Counted from the first letter of the stretch, positions 1 to 10,800 are shown. The stretch is 32,000 nt of DNA from Candidatus Methylomirabilis oxygeniifera (GCA_000091165.1 FP565575.1:1110001-1142000); one strand, 5' to 3'. The notes: generated by a model from the sequence alone, not told the origin. Numbers and translations are program-made.

Positions 1-173
1 TTTTCAATGAAGTGCTGTTCGCTTTGATCCAACCTACAACCAACATGTCTCAGCCCCAATATGGGCTTTCCCCGACCACCTCCCTTCTGAGGCAAGAACA
101 CCCCGCATCAAACCTCCGTGGGTGGCCTCGCCACCCACGGAGTCTTCGTATTCTCATCAATACTCCGGGATGT

Positions 174-1346
174 TCAGCTCGCCCAGCCGAACTGCCAGTA
201 GTATTTTTTGAAGGTGTCCACAGGAATCGCAAACACGCCGCCGGAATTCAACGGAACGCTTCGCCAGAAGCTCTGATCGTACGCCGACCAGTTACCTGCG
301 AGACTGTTGATAACAGGGCCGTTGTGTCCCCAGGGATTGCGGAGTACGATGTACCTGATGTTGTTCACGAACGCCCAACCGAGGATCGTGTATGCATGGT
401 AACCAACGATGCCCGTGCCGGTGTAGTCCACCGGCGCAGGAGTGACACAAAAGGTCCAGGCAGTCATCGGGTTTATCGTACGATACGAGAGGCAGTTGGA
501 GCGCACGCTGCTCCAGACTTGGTCGGCTGTAAGGGCGGAGCATGTCTTCGTGACGCCGGCTAAGTTCGTCAACTCCGTGGTCGCCTGAACTGGCCAACCT
601 CCTGAGATCGGCCCATAGTTTGGCTCGTCAGTGGTATCGTTGGTCTTCCACTTGGCGAAGGCCTTCTCGTACACAGCCGGCCAAATCTCGCCTGCTTCTG
701 CGGAACGTGCGTATATCCACGCATGGGTGCCCTTCACGAGCGGTACGCGCTCGGTCACCTCCATTGACTTCGTTCCGTTGGAATAGAAGTCGATACGATC
801 GAGGAAGTCTTGTTGGTTGGTGCCGGTAGCGCGTTGGCGCAAGGCGATCACATACGGTCGCGACCACGCCACCGCGGAGAGCGCGGCGATGAAGTAACAG
901 TCGCCAAGTCCGCCCTGAACGGGATCGAGAAACTCAGCGCCCTCCTCGAAGTAATCCCCGGGATCGGCCCACTCGGATCCGGGAGGAGTATACTGGGGTC
1001 CCTCACCTTTCTCCGCGCCTGCCAGCGCTGCGATTATACGCGCCTGCGCCTCCGGAGAGAGTTTCGCAAGCATCGTTTCTACCGGACCAGCCTTGGCGTG
1101 CGATCGGAACGCTACGTTTCTATCGGCCTTCCTCTCGTGGATGTCAGCGAGGACCTTGTGAGAGTCCGCTGCGCCACTGAGCATCAGGTTGCCTGCCACT
1201 GGTGCACACAGCTTGTCGATCGACACGCCGAGTGTCTTCTCGACAAAAGCCTCATGATCTGTAATCGACTTCCAATTCACCCTGCGACCAACTGCCAGTT
1301 CCGCCAGGGCGTACGGATTTGCCAGACCAACTCTCGACTCGTTCAT
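174..1346 (-). CDS. Calpain-like (peptidase family C2) cysteine protease
   Basis: 390-aa ORF with the ordered triad contexts of C2 peptidases: QGGLGDCYF (Cys), GYHAYTILG (His), LRNPWG (Asn). SD AAAAGGAG upstream of ATG at 1346. Confidence 0.88.
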   Translation of the reverse strand: MNESRVGLANPYALAELAVGRRVNWKSITDHEAFVEKTLGVSIDKLCAPVAGNLMLSGAADSHKVLADIHERKADRNVAFRSHAKAGPVETMLAKLSPEAQARIIAALAGAEKGEGPQYTPPGSEWADPGDYFEEGAEFLDPVQGGLGDCYFIAALSAVAWSRPYVIALRQRATGTNQQDFLDRIDFYSNGTKSMEVTERVPLVKGTHAWIYARSAEAGEIWPAVYEKAFAKWKTNDTTDEPNYGPISGGWPVQATTELTNLAGVTKTCSALTADQVWSSVRSNCLSYRTINPMTAWTFCVTPAPVDYTGTGIVGYHAYTILGWAFVNNIRYIVLRNPWGHNGPVINSLAGNWSAYDQSFWRSVPLNSGGVFAIPVDTFKKYYWQFGWAS

Positions 1347-1420
1347 TTGTCTACTCCTTTTATACGTTCTTGTTTCGATACACTCTTGCTTGCGTACTTC
1401 TCTTCACTGCGATTAATCAT
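1343..1420 (-). CDS. Possible 25-aa coupled leader ORF (MINRSEEKYASKSVSKQERIKGVDK)
   Basis: Not in the supplied track. Read on the minus strand; its stop overlaps the calpain start as ATGA. SD spacing is poor. Confidence 0.2.
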   Translation of the reverse strand: MINRSEEKYASKSVSKQERIKGVDK

Positions 1421-1469
1421 TTCAATTACGTCCCTCTGCACCTCCTTTCTGTCTGCCGCCCAACTGCAA

Positions 1470-1601
1470 TTAGACAGACCGGCTTAATCTGTTTAAGGCC
1501 GGCGGGCTCGCCGTTTTTATCTCGCAAAGACTTGCTCTACCCGAAAACTCTATCGCCACGGCGCTGCGGGGGTTTTTCGGCAATGTGGCCACCTTCTCCA
1601 T
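1470..1601 (-). CDS. Small protein of 43 aa (MEKVATLPKNPRSAVAIEFSGRASLCEIKTASPPALNRLSRSV), first ORF after a sigma54 promoter
   Basis: Internal start of the 78-aa track ORF. AAAGGAGG lies 8 nt upstream of ATG at 1601, and the sigma54 -24/-12 element is at 1676-1692. Confidence 0.55.
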   Translation of the reverse strand: MEKVATLPKNPRSAVAIEFSGRASLCEIKTASPPALNRLSRSV

Positions 1602-1675
1602 CTTCATCACCTCCTTTGATCGAGATAAGGTCAAGTTTTCCTTCCGGCCTGCCTCTCCCAACAACTGTCCTTCGT

Positions 1676-1692
1676 AACAAGCGGCATGCCAA
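1676..1692 (-). promoter_or_regulatory. Sigma54 promoter P1 (-24/-12)
   Basis: Minus strand TTGGCATGCCGCTTGTT, matching YTGGCAYG-N4-TTG(C/T)W with GG and GT separated by 10 nt. Confidence 0.8.
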
Positions 1693-1798
1693 CACCAAAC
1701 GCTCACAACATATCTCTCTAACTCTGCGTATTGATTGACTATATGGTGAGGTCGGGTCGAAAGCAGAAGAGGATCAGATGTCCGAGGTCAGTTTCAAA

Positions 1799-1835
1799 TG
1801 AAATGGGCTGTTTCAGTCGGTTTCACGCTGAAACA
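1799..1835 (-). promoter_or_regulatory. Enhancer (UAS) array for P1
   Basis: + strand TGAAATGGGCTGTTTCAGTCGGTTTCACGCTGAAACA. 37 bp, four TGAAAC/GTTTCA half-sites, spaced as in three other sites. Confidence 0.8.
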
Positions 1836-2170
1836 TTAATGGCCCGTAACGGTCGCCAGCAGATCTGTGAGGGGTCTATCCGCAGGAAGAGAGGCAAAAG
1901 CACTATTGGATCACCGCGCGGCTTTCCACCGATGGCGGACCCCAAGTAGTTCAGTTTCGATCTGCCTGACGGTGGTCATGTCCAGGAAGGTAGGTTGGAG
2001 TGAATTCAGTTCATTTTGTAGCTTACGGCGAATAGTAGATCGCAGTCGGTTGCGCGTAGCGGCGTAGGGTAGGTCGATGACGGGTCAGATGCCCTAATCA
2101 CGCAGGGTAGCAGCAAAGGTCAGGTTGTCTGAGATGCTGCATCATCTTAGCTCGCGCCGATCAAGATCTT

Positions 2171-3310
2171 TTAAGATTCGATTCTCACAACTCCATATCG
2201 CCCTGCTCTGAAGATCCATGACGCAGGAGTTAATACGACTTTCGTCTTTAGGGACGCGTGCCATTGTCCGGCTCCGTTAGTGATCAACGGGACCAGTAGC
2301 CCGTACACGACGATATGAGAGAATACTCCCTCCCAAAGGACCACACTGAAAAACGCAAACGCAACGAAGAGCCCGACTGCTACAGGTCGAATCATGATCC
2401 CAGCAAGGATGACGGCTCCTGCGAGTGTTTCCACTACGGCCACCACGAGGACAAAGGTCTCCGGTGCCATCCCCATGGTAGGGACGTGGTGAAGATCGAG
2501 CACGCCCAGCATGAGGTTGGGTTGCGCGAATTTATATGCGAGCCCAAGATAGAGTATGTCGGCACCAACCAAGAGCCGCATCAGGCACTGTACCCGCTCG
2601 CGGGGCTGGCTTGCGAACCAGGCGCTGAGCGTGGTGGTGCCCGGAAAAGACGGGAGCGGCGCCGCATACGGTCCAGCTCCCTGGAACAACAGGTAGACCG
2701 CGGCCGCGCCAACCAGTCCGATGTAGGCGCACATGGCCTCGCCAAAGAGAAAGAGTCCCAGTAGTCCGAGGCCAAGAAGGGCGACGGCTGCACCCCTCAC
2801 ATAGATACCCAGCAACAAACAGACGGCGATTACGCCTTCGAGGACGGCCACCCAACTCCAGTTGCCAGGGAGCAAGCGCAACTCCAGGTCCGGTGCGCCA
2901 AGCACCGGGCTCTGCATGATCCCAGTGCCCAGTCGCGGCGCCAGCCCCAGGCTTGCCGTCCCCAGCATGATAAAGAGCGCGATGCGCAACGCCACCGGCG
3001 CATAGTCGCCATACGAGATGAGCCGGGCGCGCAGGCGTGAGGCGAGCGTTCGCGATGCGGTATATCGGTAAAGCAGCAAGCAGCCGACCAGACAGAGGGC
3101 CGCCGACAGGTAGATAGACAGGCTGGATGCGTTGAACTGAGTGAAGATTTCCGGCTTGGGTCTCGCGTTCCACTCCACAGCCTGTTCTGGCGTCAAGACC
3201 CAGAGTTCGTGGGCCATGACGCCAGACGCCCAGAGGAGCAGCGAGAGCACGACAATGAGAGACAGGATTAATTGAGCGGGAAAGGTGAGGGTCACGATGG
3301 TTCTCTTCAT
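2171..3310 (-). CDS. DoxX-like multi-pass membrane protein
   Basis: ORF with multiple hydrophobic segments. C-terminal part (MRLLVGADILYLGLAYKF...ETLAGAVILAGIMIRPVAVGLF) is DoxX-like. Start set at MKRTIVTL (3310) with SD AAAGGAGG. Confidence 0.6.
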   Translation of the reverse strand: MKRTIVTLTFPAQLILSLIVVLSLLLWASGVMAHELWVLTPEQAVEWNARPKPEIFTQFNASSLSIYLSAALCLVGCLLLYRYTASRTLASRLRARLISYGDYAPVALRIALFIMLGTASLGLAPRLGTGIMQSPVLGAPDLELRLLPGNWSWVAVLEGVIAVCLLLGIYVRGAAVALLGLGLLGLFLFGEAMCAYIGLVGAAAVYLLFQGAGPYAAPLPSFPGTTTLSAWFASQPRERVQCLMRLLVGADILYLGLAYKFAQPNLMLGVLDLHHVPTMGMAPETFVLVVAVVETLAGAVILAGIMIRPVAVGLFVAFAFFSVVLWEGVFSHIVVYGLLVPLITNGAGQWHASLKTKVVLTPASWIFRAGRYGVVRIES

Positions 3311-3371
3311 TTTAGGACCTCCTTTAGTTGAACTGTTTAGAAAAATCTTTGCCACGACAAGTATCCTCAAT

Positions 3372-3388
3372 AACAAGCGGCATGCCAA
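3372..3388 (-). promoter_or_regulatory. Sigma54 promoter P2
   Basis: Minus strand TTGGCATGCCGCTTGTT, identical to P1. Confidence 0.8.
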
Positions 3389-3495
3389 AACGGAAATCTC
3401 GCAGCAGGATTCTTTAACTATTTAATTCCAGAGGAGTTAAGGGATAGGCTAGGGCGGCAGAAGGAGGCGGTCGGATGCAAGAGGTGACTGTTACG

Positions 3496-3532
3496 GGAAA
3501 CGGGATATTTCAGTCGGTTTCACTTTGAAACA
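3496..3532 (-). promoter_or_regulatory. Enhancer (UAS) array for P2
   Basis: + strand GGAAACGGGATATTTCAGTCGGTTTCACTTTGAAACA, same 37-bp register as UAS1. Confidence 0.75.
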
Positions 3533-3614
3533 AGAGCGAGCGGGGGGCGTCAGCGTCTGATCTGGTAGGCTTCTCGTGATAGGAAGGACAGTCCCACAAA
3601 CAGAAATTGGGATG

Positions 3615-3706
3615 CGTCATTGCGAGCAACCAACGGGAGCGCGGCAATCTCAGCGTCGTTGCCCTGAAGAACTGTGAGATTGCTTCGGCTTCGCCTCGCA
3701 ATGACG
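3615..3706. repeat. REP/MITE-like palindromic element
   Basis: 12-bp perfect terminal inverted repeats CGTCATTGCGAG...CTCGCAATGACG plus nested GCAATCTCA/TGAGATTGC. Confidence 0.6.
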
Positions 3707-3791
3707 TAGGCGGAAGACTTTCCAACCAATAACGGACAGATACGTGGTTACGCGATCAATCTCTTGGGGTAGTAACAGAAGAAGGACGGTC

Positions 3792-5210
3792 TTATTCGTC
3801 TGAATCCACTCGCCGGGCACCCCAGGGAATCTGATAGGCCTTCATTCGGCGCCACAGTGTGGTGCGGCTGATCCCGAGGTCTTTGGCGACTAACGCGAGA
3901 TTACCGTTTCGCGACCGGAGTTGTTCTAGAATATGGTCTTTTTCAACCTGCGTCAGGGTCGGACTCCCCGCTGCGTGGGAAGGATCACCGGGTCTCGGCA
4001 GCCATTCGTCGAGATCGAGCCGCGACCCATTGCTGAGAAGGACCGCTCGCTCTATCAGATTCTGTAGCTCCCTGACGTTACCCGGGAAGTCATAGTCCAG
4101 CAGCCGCTGCATCGCCTCTTGGCTCAGTCCCATGACGGGCTTTTTCAGCTTCTTGCACTGTTTTTCCAAAAAATAGTCGACCAACAGGGGAACATCTTCT
4201 CTTCGTTCCCGTAAGGGAGGAGTTCTGATGGGAAACACACTCAGGCGGTAGTAGAGGTCCGCCCGGAAGGCGCCCTTTTTGACTTCTGATTCCAAGTCTC
4301 TATTGGTCGCCGCAACGATTCGGACATCCACCTGCCTGGATTCGGTCTCCCCGATCCGCCGCATCCTGCCATCCTGAAGCACCTGAAGCAGCTTCACCTG
4401 CATCGTGGGGCTCATTTCGCTGACCTCGTCCAGGAAGAGGGTCCCTCCATCCGCCACCTCGAAGAGCCCTTTCTTGTCCTGCACAGCCCCCGTAAAGGCC
4501 CCGCGTCGATGGCCAAATAGCTCACTTTCCAAAAGGGTCTCCGGGAGCGCGCCGCAGTTTTGCTCGATAAACAGCCTCCCTCGTCTAGGGCCACGATGGT
4601 GGAGGTGGTGGGCGATGACCCCTTTCCCTGTTCCTGTTTCTCCGGTGAGGAGGATCGTGGCGGAGCTGTCGATGACCTTCTCTATGAGATCGAAGAGCCG
4701 CCTCATAGCCGGGCCATGGCCGATGATGGTATCCGAACGGGGATCCTTTTCGACCTCCTGCTTCAGATACAGATTCTCCGTTTGCAGTCGTTCGTTGGCC
4801 GCCTGAAGCTCCTTGAGCAGCCGCTGATTCTCCATGGTCAGCTCATAGCTTTCGAAGGCGCGCTTGACGGTAATTTTCAACTCATTCCGATCCCACGGTT
4901 TAGTGATATATCGATAGATCCTCCCGGCATTGATGGCTCGGATAAGGGACGCGGTGTCGGTGTAACCCGTCAGGATCATCCGGATAGCCTGGGGACGCTT
5001 GGTAATGGATCGCTCCAGAAATTCGACGCCTGTCATCTCCGGCATCCGCTGATCCGCGATGATGAGGGCGATCTCCTGCCGGTCCAGGATCGTCAGTCCT
5101 TCAGCGCCACTGCCGGCCTGAAAGACATCATAGTCCTCCTCGAACGTAAGGGAGAGGGTGGTCAAGATATCGCGTTCGTCATCCACGATCAGCATCCCGT
5201 ATCGGTTCAC
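3792..5210 (-). CDS. NtrC-family sigma54-dependent response regulator (receiver, AAA+, Fis-type HTH)
   Basis: Receiver (LIVDDERDILTTLSLTFEE, VLITD-like IIADQRMPEMTG), Walker A GETGTGKG, GAFTGA loop (RGAFTGAVQDKKG), C-terminal HTH LALVAKDLGISRTTLWRRMKAY. Confidence 0.96.
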   Translation of the reverse strand: MNRYGMLIVDDERDILTTLSLTFEEDYDVFQAGSGAEGLTILDRQEIALIIADQRMPEMTGVEFLERSITKRPQAIRMILTGYTDTASLIRAINAGRIYRYITKPWDRNELKITVKRAFESYELTMENQRLLKELQAANERLQTENLYLKQEVEKDPRSDTIIGHGPAMRRLFDLIEKVIDSSATILLTGETGTGKGVIAHHLHHRGPRRGRLFIEQNCGALPETLLESELFGHRRGAFTGAVQDKKGLFEVADGGTLFLDEVSEMSPTMQVKLLQVLQDGRMRRIGETESRQVDVRIVAATNRDLESEVKKGAFRADLYYRLSVFPIRTPPLRERREDVPLLVDYFLEKQCKKLKKPVMGLSQEAMQRLLDYDFPGNVRELQNLIERAVLLSNGSRLDLDEWLPRPGDPSHAAGSPTLTQVEKDHILEQLRSRNGNLALVAKDLGISRTTLWRRMKAYQIPWGARRVDSDE

Positions 5211-5211
5211 T

Positions 5212-7341
5212 TTATACCCCGCTCCACTTTACCGGAAGTTCAATGGTAAACTCCGTTCCCTGGCGATCTGGACTCGATACGCGGATGGTGCCGCCATGTT
5301 TTTGTATAATCCCATAGCTGATGCTGAGGCCCAGGCCCATCCCTTCCCCCACCTTCTTTGTGGTAAAGAAGGGATCAAAGATCTTCGACAGATTCGACTC
5401 AGGAATGCCGTGCCCGTTATCCCTGATGACGATGATGACCGTATCTCCATGGGAAGCCGTTCTGATCCAGACTTCTCCAGTCTCATGAATGGCTTGAGCG
5501 GCGTTGAGCAGCAGATTCATGAACACTTGATTGATCTGGCCAGGATGACATTCCACCTGAGGCAGGACTCCATACTCGCGATGGACAGTGATCCGATCTC
5601 TATACTCCTTTACAAGGAGGTTGAGGGTTATCTCAAGTCCTTCATGTAGATCGGCAGGCGCAGGATCGACATCATCCGCCCTGGCAAAGGTCCCGAGGTC
5701 CATGACAATTCTCTTTACCCGTTCTGTCCCCCGCTTGCAACTGGAAATCAACTCATCCAATGTATGAAGAGTCCGGTCGAGTCTGGCCCCTTTTTTCAGC
5801 TCTGCGAGATGCCGATAGGCGGGACTATCGGGCAGTTCGACCGTCTCATAGGCCTCAAGCACTCCTTTAAGGTTTAGAATATATTCGGCTATGAAATCGA
5901 TGTTACTATGGACGAAGCTGACGGGATTATTCAACTCATGAGCAACCCCCGCTACCAGAAATCCCAAAGAGGCCATCTTCTCCGTTTGGAGAAGCTCATT
6001 CTGGGTCTGGGCCAGCTCCTGGAGGGTCTTCTCCAACTCGTGATGCCCTTTTACCAGCTCTTCGTTTGTCGCAGCAAGTTGGGCGGTCCGCTCCTTGACC
6101 TTTTGGTCCAGCTCCCGGTTCATCGCCTCCAGGGCGAGACGTCGTTCCCGCTGGGCAGAGAAGACCTGAGCGATCAGATACCCGCCGTAGATCAGACCGA
6201 ACTGACCCGTGCCGGCGAAGACAGGAAGCCAAAGATTCCCTTTGACAAATAGCCCATATGCGACTACGAGAAAAAGCGCAGAAAGGCAGAGGAGCGCTCC
6301 GAGGGCCCAGAGCGGCTTGAGACGGAGGGCAATGACACTGCCGATCAGGGCCAAAAGAAAGAGGAGACTATACCGCACCCCTGAGGAGGGTTCGTGTACC
6401 ATCCGATCTGCCAAGAGGTTAGCGACGATCGTTGCATGGATCTCAACCCCGGCGGTGGGACCGCCTACGTGAAAGGAGAACGGAGTAGGGAAGACATCCG
6501 GAGAGGTTCGTTGCGGTTCCGGCGCCGCCTGGATGGCGCGGCCGATCAGGACAATCTTGTCGGAAAAGGTCCCCGGCGGAAGCATCCGATCAGCCTCGAG
6601 GGCCTGGTAGTAAGAGATCGTCTTGACGGTCCTTGGGGGACCAAAATAGTTGATCAGAATCGCCTTCGAGAGATCGGTCCGGATTCCATGCGGCTTCTGT
6701 CGTAGGTAGAACCTGACGATTTGATCGGAGAACGAGGGAAGGACGGAGGAGACGGGAAGGGGTCGTCTCACGGTCCCGTCAGGGTCGATGGGAAGGGTGG
6801 CGATTCCCACTGACGCGGCCGATCTGAAGGGTTCGATGGGATCGACAAGGATCGTCTGACGAAAGAGCGGATCAGCGGTGACGGACTGCTCGCTGGCGAG
6901 GACGACGTTTCCAGCCTCCCGAATGGCCCGTGCCAACGCCCGATCGTCCTCAGGCTGGGAAGGTTCTGCGAAGAGAATATCGAAGGCGATGACCCTGGCC
7001 CCCGCCTTCTTCAGGTGATCGATCAGGCGGGCATGAAGGCTCCGAGGCCAGGGCCACTGCTTCGAGATCTCGGCAAACGACGGCTCATCGATGGCGACAA
7101 CAACGACCTCAGGTGGAGGCGCCATGGCGCCACGGAGCATAAAAAGGAAGTCCAACCCTTTCAGCTCGAATAGGGAAAAGAGGGGGAGATTGGCTAGAAC
7201 GAGCATCACCGCAAAAGTCGGCATCACGATGAGGGCAGCTTGCAGCGCAGGCCACACTCGATCATTGCTGGCCACTAATATCCCCACATGGTCTACTCGA
7301 GTGAATGATGGCGCCCACATCACAGATGTGGGCGCCATCAT
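5212..7341 (-). CDS. CHASE2-domain membrane sensor histidine kinase
   Basis: CHASE2 signature ([49 protein letters not shown]), TM segments, H box [21 protein letters not shown] boxes [36 protein letters not shown]. Ends 1 nt before the regulator ORF. True start uncertain. Confidence 0.92.
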   Translation of the reverse strand: MMAPTSVMWAPSFTRVDHVGILVASNDRVWPALQAALIVMPTFAVMLVLANLPLFSLFELKGLDFLFMLRGAMAPPPEVVVVAIDEPSFAEISKQWPWPRSLHARLIDHLKKAGARVIAFDILFAEPSQPEDDRALARAIREAGNVVLASEQSVTADPLFRQTILVDPIEPFRSAASVGIATLPIDPDGTVRRPLPVSSVLPSFSDQIVRFYLRQKPHGIRTDLSKAILINYFGPPRTVKTISYYQALEADRMLPPGTFSDKIVLIGRAIQAAPEPQRTSPDVFPTPFSFHVGGPTAGVEIHATIVANLLADRMVHEPSSGVRYSLLFLLALIGSVIALRLKPLWALGALLCLSALFLVVAYGLFVKGNLWLPVFAGTGQFGLIYGGYLIAQVFSAQRERRLALEAMNRELDQKVKERTAQLAATNEELVKGHHELEKTLQELAQTQNELLQTEKMASLGFLVAGVAHELNNPVSFVHSNIDFIAEYILNLKGVLEAYETVELPDSPAYRHLAELKKGARLDRTLHTLDELISSCKRGTERVKRIVMDLGTFARADDVDPAPADLHEGLEITLNLLVKEYRDRITVHREYGVLPQVECHPGQINQVFMNLLLNAAQAIHETGEVWIRTASHGDTVIIVIRDNGHGIPESNLSKIFDPFFTTKKVGEGMGLGLSISYGIIQKHGGTIRVSSPDRQGTEFTIELPVKWSGV
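7305..7341. promoter_or_regulatory. Perfect 16-bp inverted repeat (5-nt loop) at the 5' end of the kinase ORF
   Basis: ATGATGGCGCCCACAT-CACAG-ATGTGGGCGCCATCAT. Confidence 0.6.
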
Positions 7342-7469
7342 GGATGGGCATAAGTCGACATCGTTTGTGGACCATCATCTCACAGGAGGTGCGCAACCTG
7401 ATATATCTTAGCATTAGCGTCTACGTGGCTGTAGAGGGATAGACGAGCCCGAGAGGCCGACGGACGCGC

Positions 7470-7724
7470 CTACGGCTTAGGGAAACAGTACAATTTCCCG
7501 CCTTGAATGAGACAGATAGTAGGATTCGTGGTGGTAACAATGGTGACGCTGGTAATGTTCTCCACCGACTTGCCGTCCAGGTTAGCTCTCATGCCCTTCG
7601 GGATGTTTTCACCTTCCTTCTTTTCATGGTGAGGATGGATTACTCGACCCATCCCCTTACTGACGCCGCCCTCATAAACCTCGGTAATGTTTCCCTGGTT
7701 GTCGAACTCCACTGTGAATGCCAT
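7470..7724 (-). CDS. Small hypothetical protein (84 aa from MAFTVEFDNQ)
   Basis: Track ORF 7470..7808; internal ATG at 7724 preceded by AGAAGGGAGC. Upstream GTG alternatives exist. Confidence 0.5.
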   Translation of the reverse strand: MAFTVEFDNQGNITEVYEGGVSKGMGRVIHPHHEKKEGENIPKGMRANLDGKSVENITSVTIVTTTNPTICLIQGGKLYCFPKP

Positions 7725-7849
7725 CTTTCTGCTCCCTTCTGCGTCCGCTGTGGTTGAATTAATCACCGCTTTTCCGTTTACGTTCCCCTTGGACACCGCG
7801 TACCTCACCTCCTTTCATTGCCGCCCCCGGATGGGCCTCAACATAACAG

Positions 7850-10800
7850 CTAAAACGCCACGGTCAACCGAAACAGGACCTGACGTTCTGGTGCTACCGT
7901 CGGACTACGAGGATCTGTATCCTGAAAGTGGAAGCGATTGTCGAACAGGTTTCTCACGTCGAGGGTGAGCAGGCCCCTTCGGTTAGGCAAGCGATAGCCG
8001 ATAGAAGCGTCAACGACCCAGAACCGATCGCTACCGGCCAGGACATCACCTGTAAGCCGATTCTGGAACTCTCCCTCCTGATCGACGTAGGTAGTTTTGA
8101 GCCGCGCCCGGAGGCCTGACGAGTGGAAGAAGCTCAATCCCAATGGAACCCGATGGGTATGGGTCATTGCTATTCCTTCCTCTCCAAACGCCACACGTCG
8201 CCTAAACCGTTCGTACTGATACTCGGCACTGATCGCAAGCCAGGCCCTTGGAGTCCAGTAGAGGTAGGCCCGTCCCAGGTCCTCTTCCCAGTCCCTGTCT
8301 CGATATTTCCCTTCCCCTGGTGCGAAGCCCGGCGCGTCGGTATCCCGCCGCGAAAACTCCGCCCCTCCAAACAGGGCCGTGGAGAGCTTCTGATCGACGG
8401 CAACACCGTACCGCCACGCTTCTGTGCCGTTCACGTCGTCAAAGAACTGATTGAAGCCGGCCACCTGGGTCGGCTCGATCGTTTGATCCGACAGGAGGGA
8501 TCGCTTCAGGACCCTGAAGACAGCGGCCCGCAGGGTTGTATCGGGAAACGGGTTCCAGGTTACCCCGAACTTCGGGTTGAACTGGTTTCGCTCGAGAACA
8601 GAAAGGACCTTTCGATCATCCTTGTTTCGGGTCGTAATCTTGAAGAAATCGGCGCTCCCGCCCAAGGTCCACGTAACATTATGCGGAAAGTTGATCAGGG
8701 AGTAGAGATAAAGATTGGTATGGCGATTATCATCTTCTGTCAGTGCTAAGGGGAATGACAGGAAACTGGTTACGTCCGTACGATCGGCGTCGAAATGACC
8801 GGCCCCGCTGATCAGATGTAATCGTTTCCAACGGAACAAATACTGAATCTCTCCCATGAAGCCGTCCGTGTCCGTCAAGAGGTCAAACCCCTTGACCATG
8901 AAGTTACGGGTGTCAAAATCAGCGTTTCGGTAGATGCCGGATGCGATAAGGTGAGAGTCGGGTGTAAAGGCATGATGAAGACCCAGTCGTATCGATCGGG
9001 TCCGATCATCCTGTTTTTGATCCGGAAAGAAATTGTTCCGATCGAATCGCAGCGGCAGGTCGCCTCGCTCAAAATCCTTGTATCTGAACTCTGCCTGGAC
9101 GCTGGTACTTGGCGAGAGGCTCATCTGGACAAAAGCGTTGTAGATGTCCTGGTTCTGGTCGTTATTTTTTCGGAATCCGTCGGTCTCCTGATGGAACTGG
9201 CCAAGACTATAGGAAACGTTTCCATGGACACCAGAGAGGACCACTTCATCACCAAGTGTGTCCTTTTCTCCAGCGGTTCCCGACGCCAGGAGGCTCACCC
9301 GATCGCGGACAAATAGAGGATTAAACTCATTCAACGAGGGATCTTGCGGCCCGGCACTGTCTAGAATAAAGAGATTGCTTTCCGCCAGTTGCGGCTGCAC
9401 CGGGGTAATGCTGATCGGTTGAAGAAGCTGGGACTGGAGCAGCTCACTCACCCTGGCGACCTCATGGCGAGGTAGGGCAGCATAGGAGTCAGACAGGAAC
9501 CGATGGGCCGAGTAGTTAGATGGATCCTCAATGGCTGCCTTCCATCCTTCAACTAACGCAAGCTGTTGGAATCCCAGCTCATTATACACTCTGGCAAGAG
9601 TCGCGCCCCGCGCCGCGAGATCCTGATCCATCAACAGGCGTGATCGGTAAACCGCACGATTGTCATTCAGCTCGATCGATCGCTGTAGATCCTGCATCGC
9701 CTCTACTGGACGGTTGACGCTTTGCTTGCGAATGGCGTCATAGAGCCATGGGGTGGGATCGTTCGGATCCAGTGTCTTGGCAATCGCCAAGGGATCCATC
9801 TCTAACGGATAACGTTTCACCTCGTAGAGCGCTTTCCCTAGATAGCTCCAGAATAAGGCAACTTTGGGCTCCAGGAGGGTAGCCATCCACATCTCCTGCA
9901 CTGCCTCCTCTGTCTTATTCTGCCTAAAAAGCGCGAGGCCGCGGCCGAGGTGAGGCTCTCCGCGCGTGGAATCCTGCTCAATCGCCTGGCCAAAGGCCGA
10001 GAGCGCTTCCTGGACCTTCCCCTGGGTCAACATGAGGAAGCCCCATGTGCTGGTGATAAGGGGATCGTGGGGTGCCCTTTGACGGGCCTCCTCAACCAGA
10101 CTTAATGCCTCGGAGAGCCTTCCGAGGCCAAAGAGGAGGCGGCTTACCTGGATCATGGCTACAGGGTTGTCCGGCTCCAACTCCAGTGCCTTCCTGGCGG
10201 CCTGAAGCGCTTCCTCCAGACGGAACTCGGCCTGCTTGACCAGGCTCAGGTCGAGATAGGCCGAGGCGGAGGACGGATTGGCGAGGATCGCCTGCAGCGC
10301 CGCTTGCTGCGCTACCCCCTTCTCGTTCCGAACCAGGGCAATATTGGAGCGAAGACCATGAGCCGGCGCGTAGCCTGGATCGAGGGCCACGGCATGCTCT
10401 AACTCCTGGAGCGCCTTGCCCACCCGGCCCTGAATGAGGTAGAGAAGAGCCGTCTGAGTCGGCGGCTGTGGGGAGGATGGGAAACGACTTTTGGCCTCAG
10501 CAACGACCTCTTCCATCTCATCAAAGCGATTAAGTCGATAGAGGGCGTTGGCCTGTCCCATAAGGGCTGAAAGGGTAGGAGGCGTCGCTTGCCGAAACGT
10601 TCTCAAGGCCTCCTCGGTCCTCCCTTCCACCAGGTAGACCCACCCCAGACCTGTGAGCGCCCTCGGGCTCCCCGGATCAAGGGTTAGGGCTTTCTCAAAT
10701 CCTCTTCGTGCCTCGACCGGTTTGCCCAGATCGAAGAGGATCTCGCCCAGCGTGACCGTCGACTCCGAATCCGCCAGTCTCGAAGCCGCCCTTCGTTCGG

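Noticed and set aside
12-563. 183-aa plus-strand ORF
   Set aside because: Fully antisense to the well-supported calpain-like gene, with low-complexity Arg/Pro/Gly composition and no motif.
2532-3173. 213-aa ORF and other ORFs inside the DoxX-like gene
   Set aside because: Alternate-frame shadows of the hydrophobic protein encoded in 2171..3310.
3792-7341. PrsK/PrsR-type exosortase (PEP-CTERM) regulatory pair
   Set aside because: The sigma54 logic is reminiscent, but the kinase is CHASE2 type and no PEP-CTERM protein or exosortase is visible in the window.
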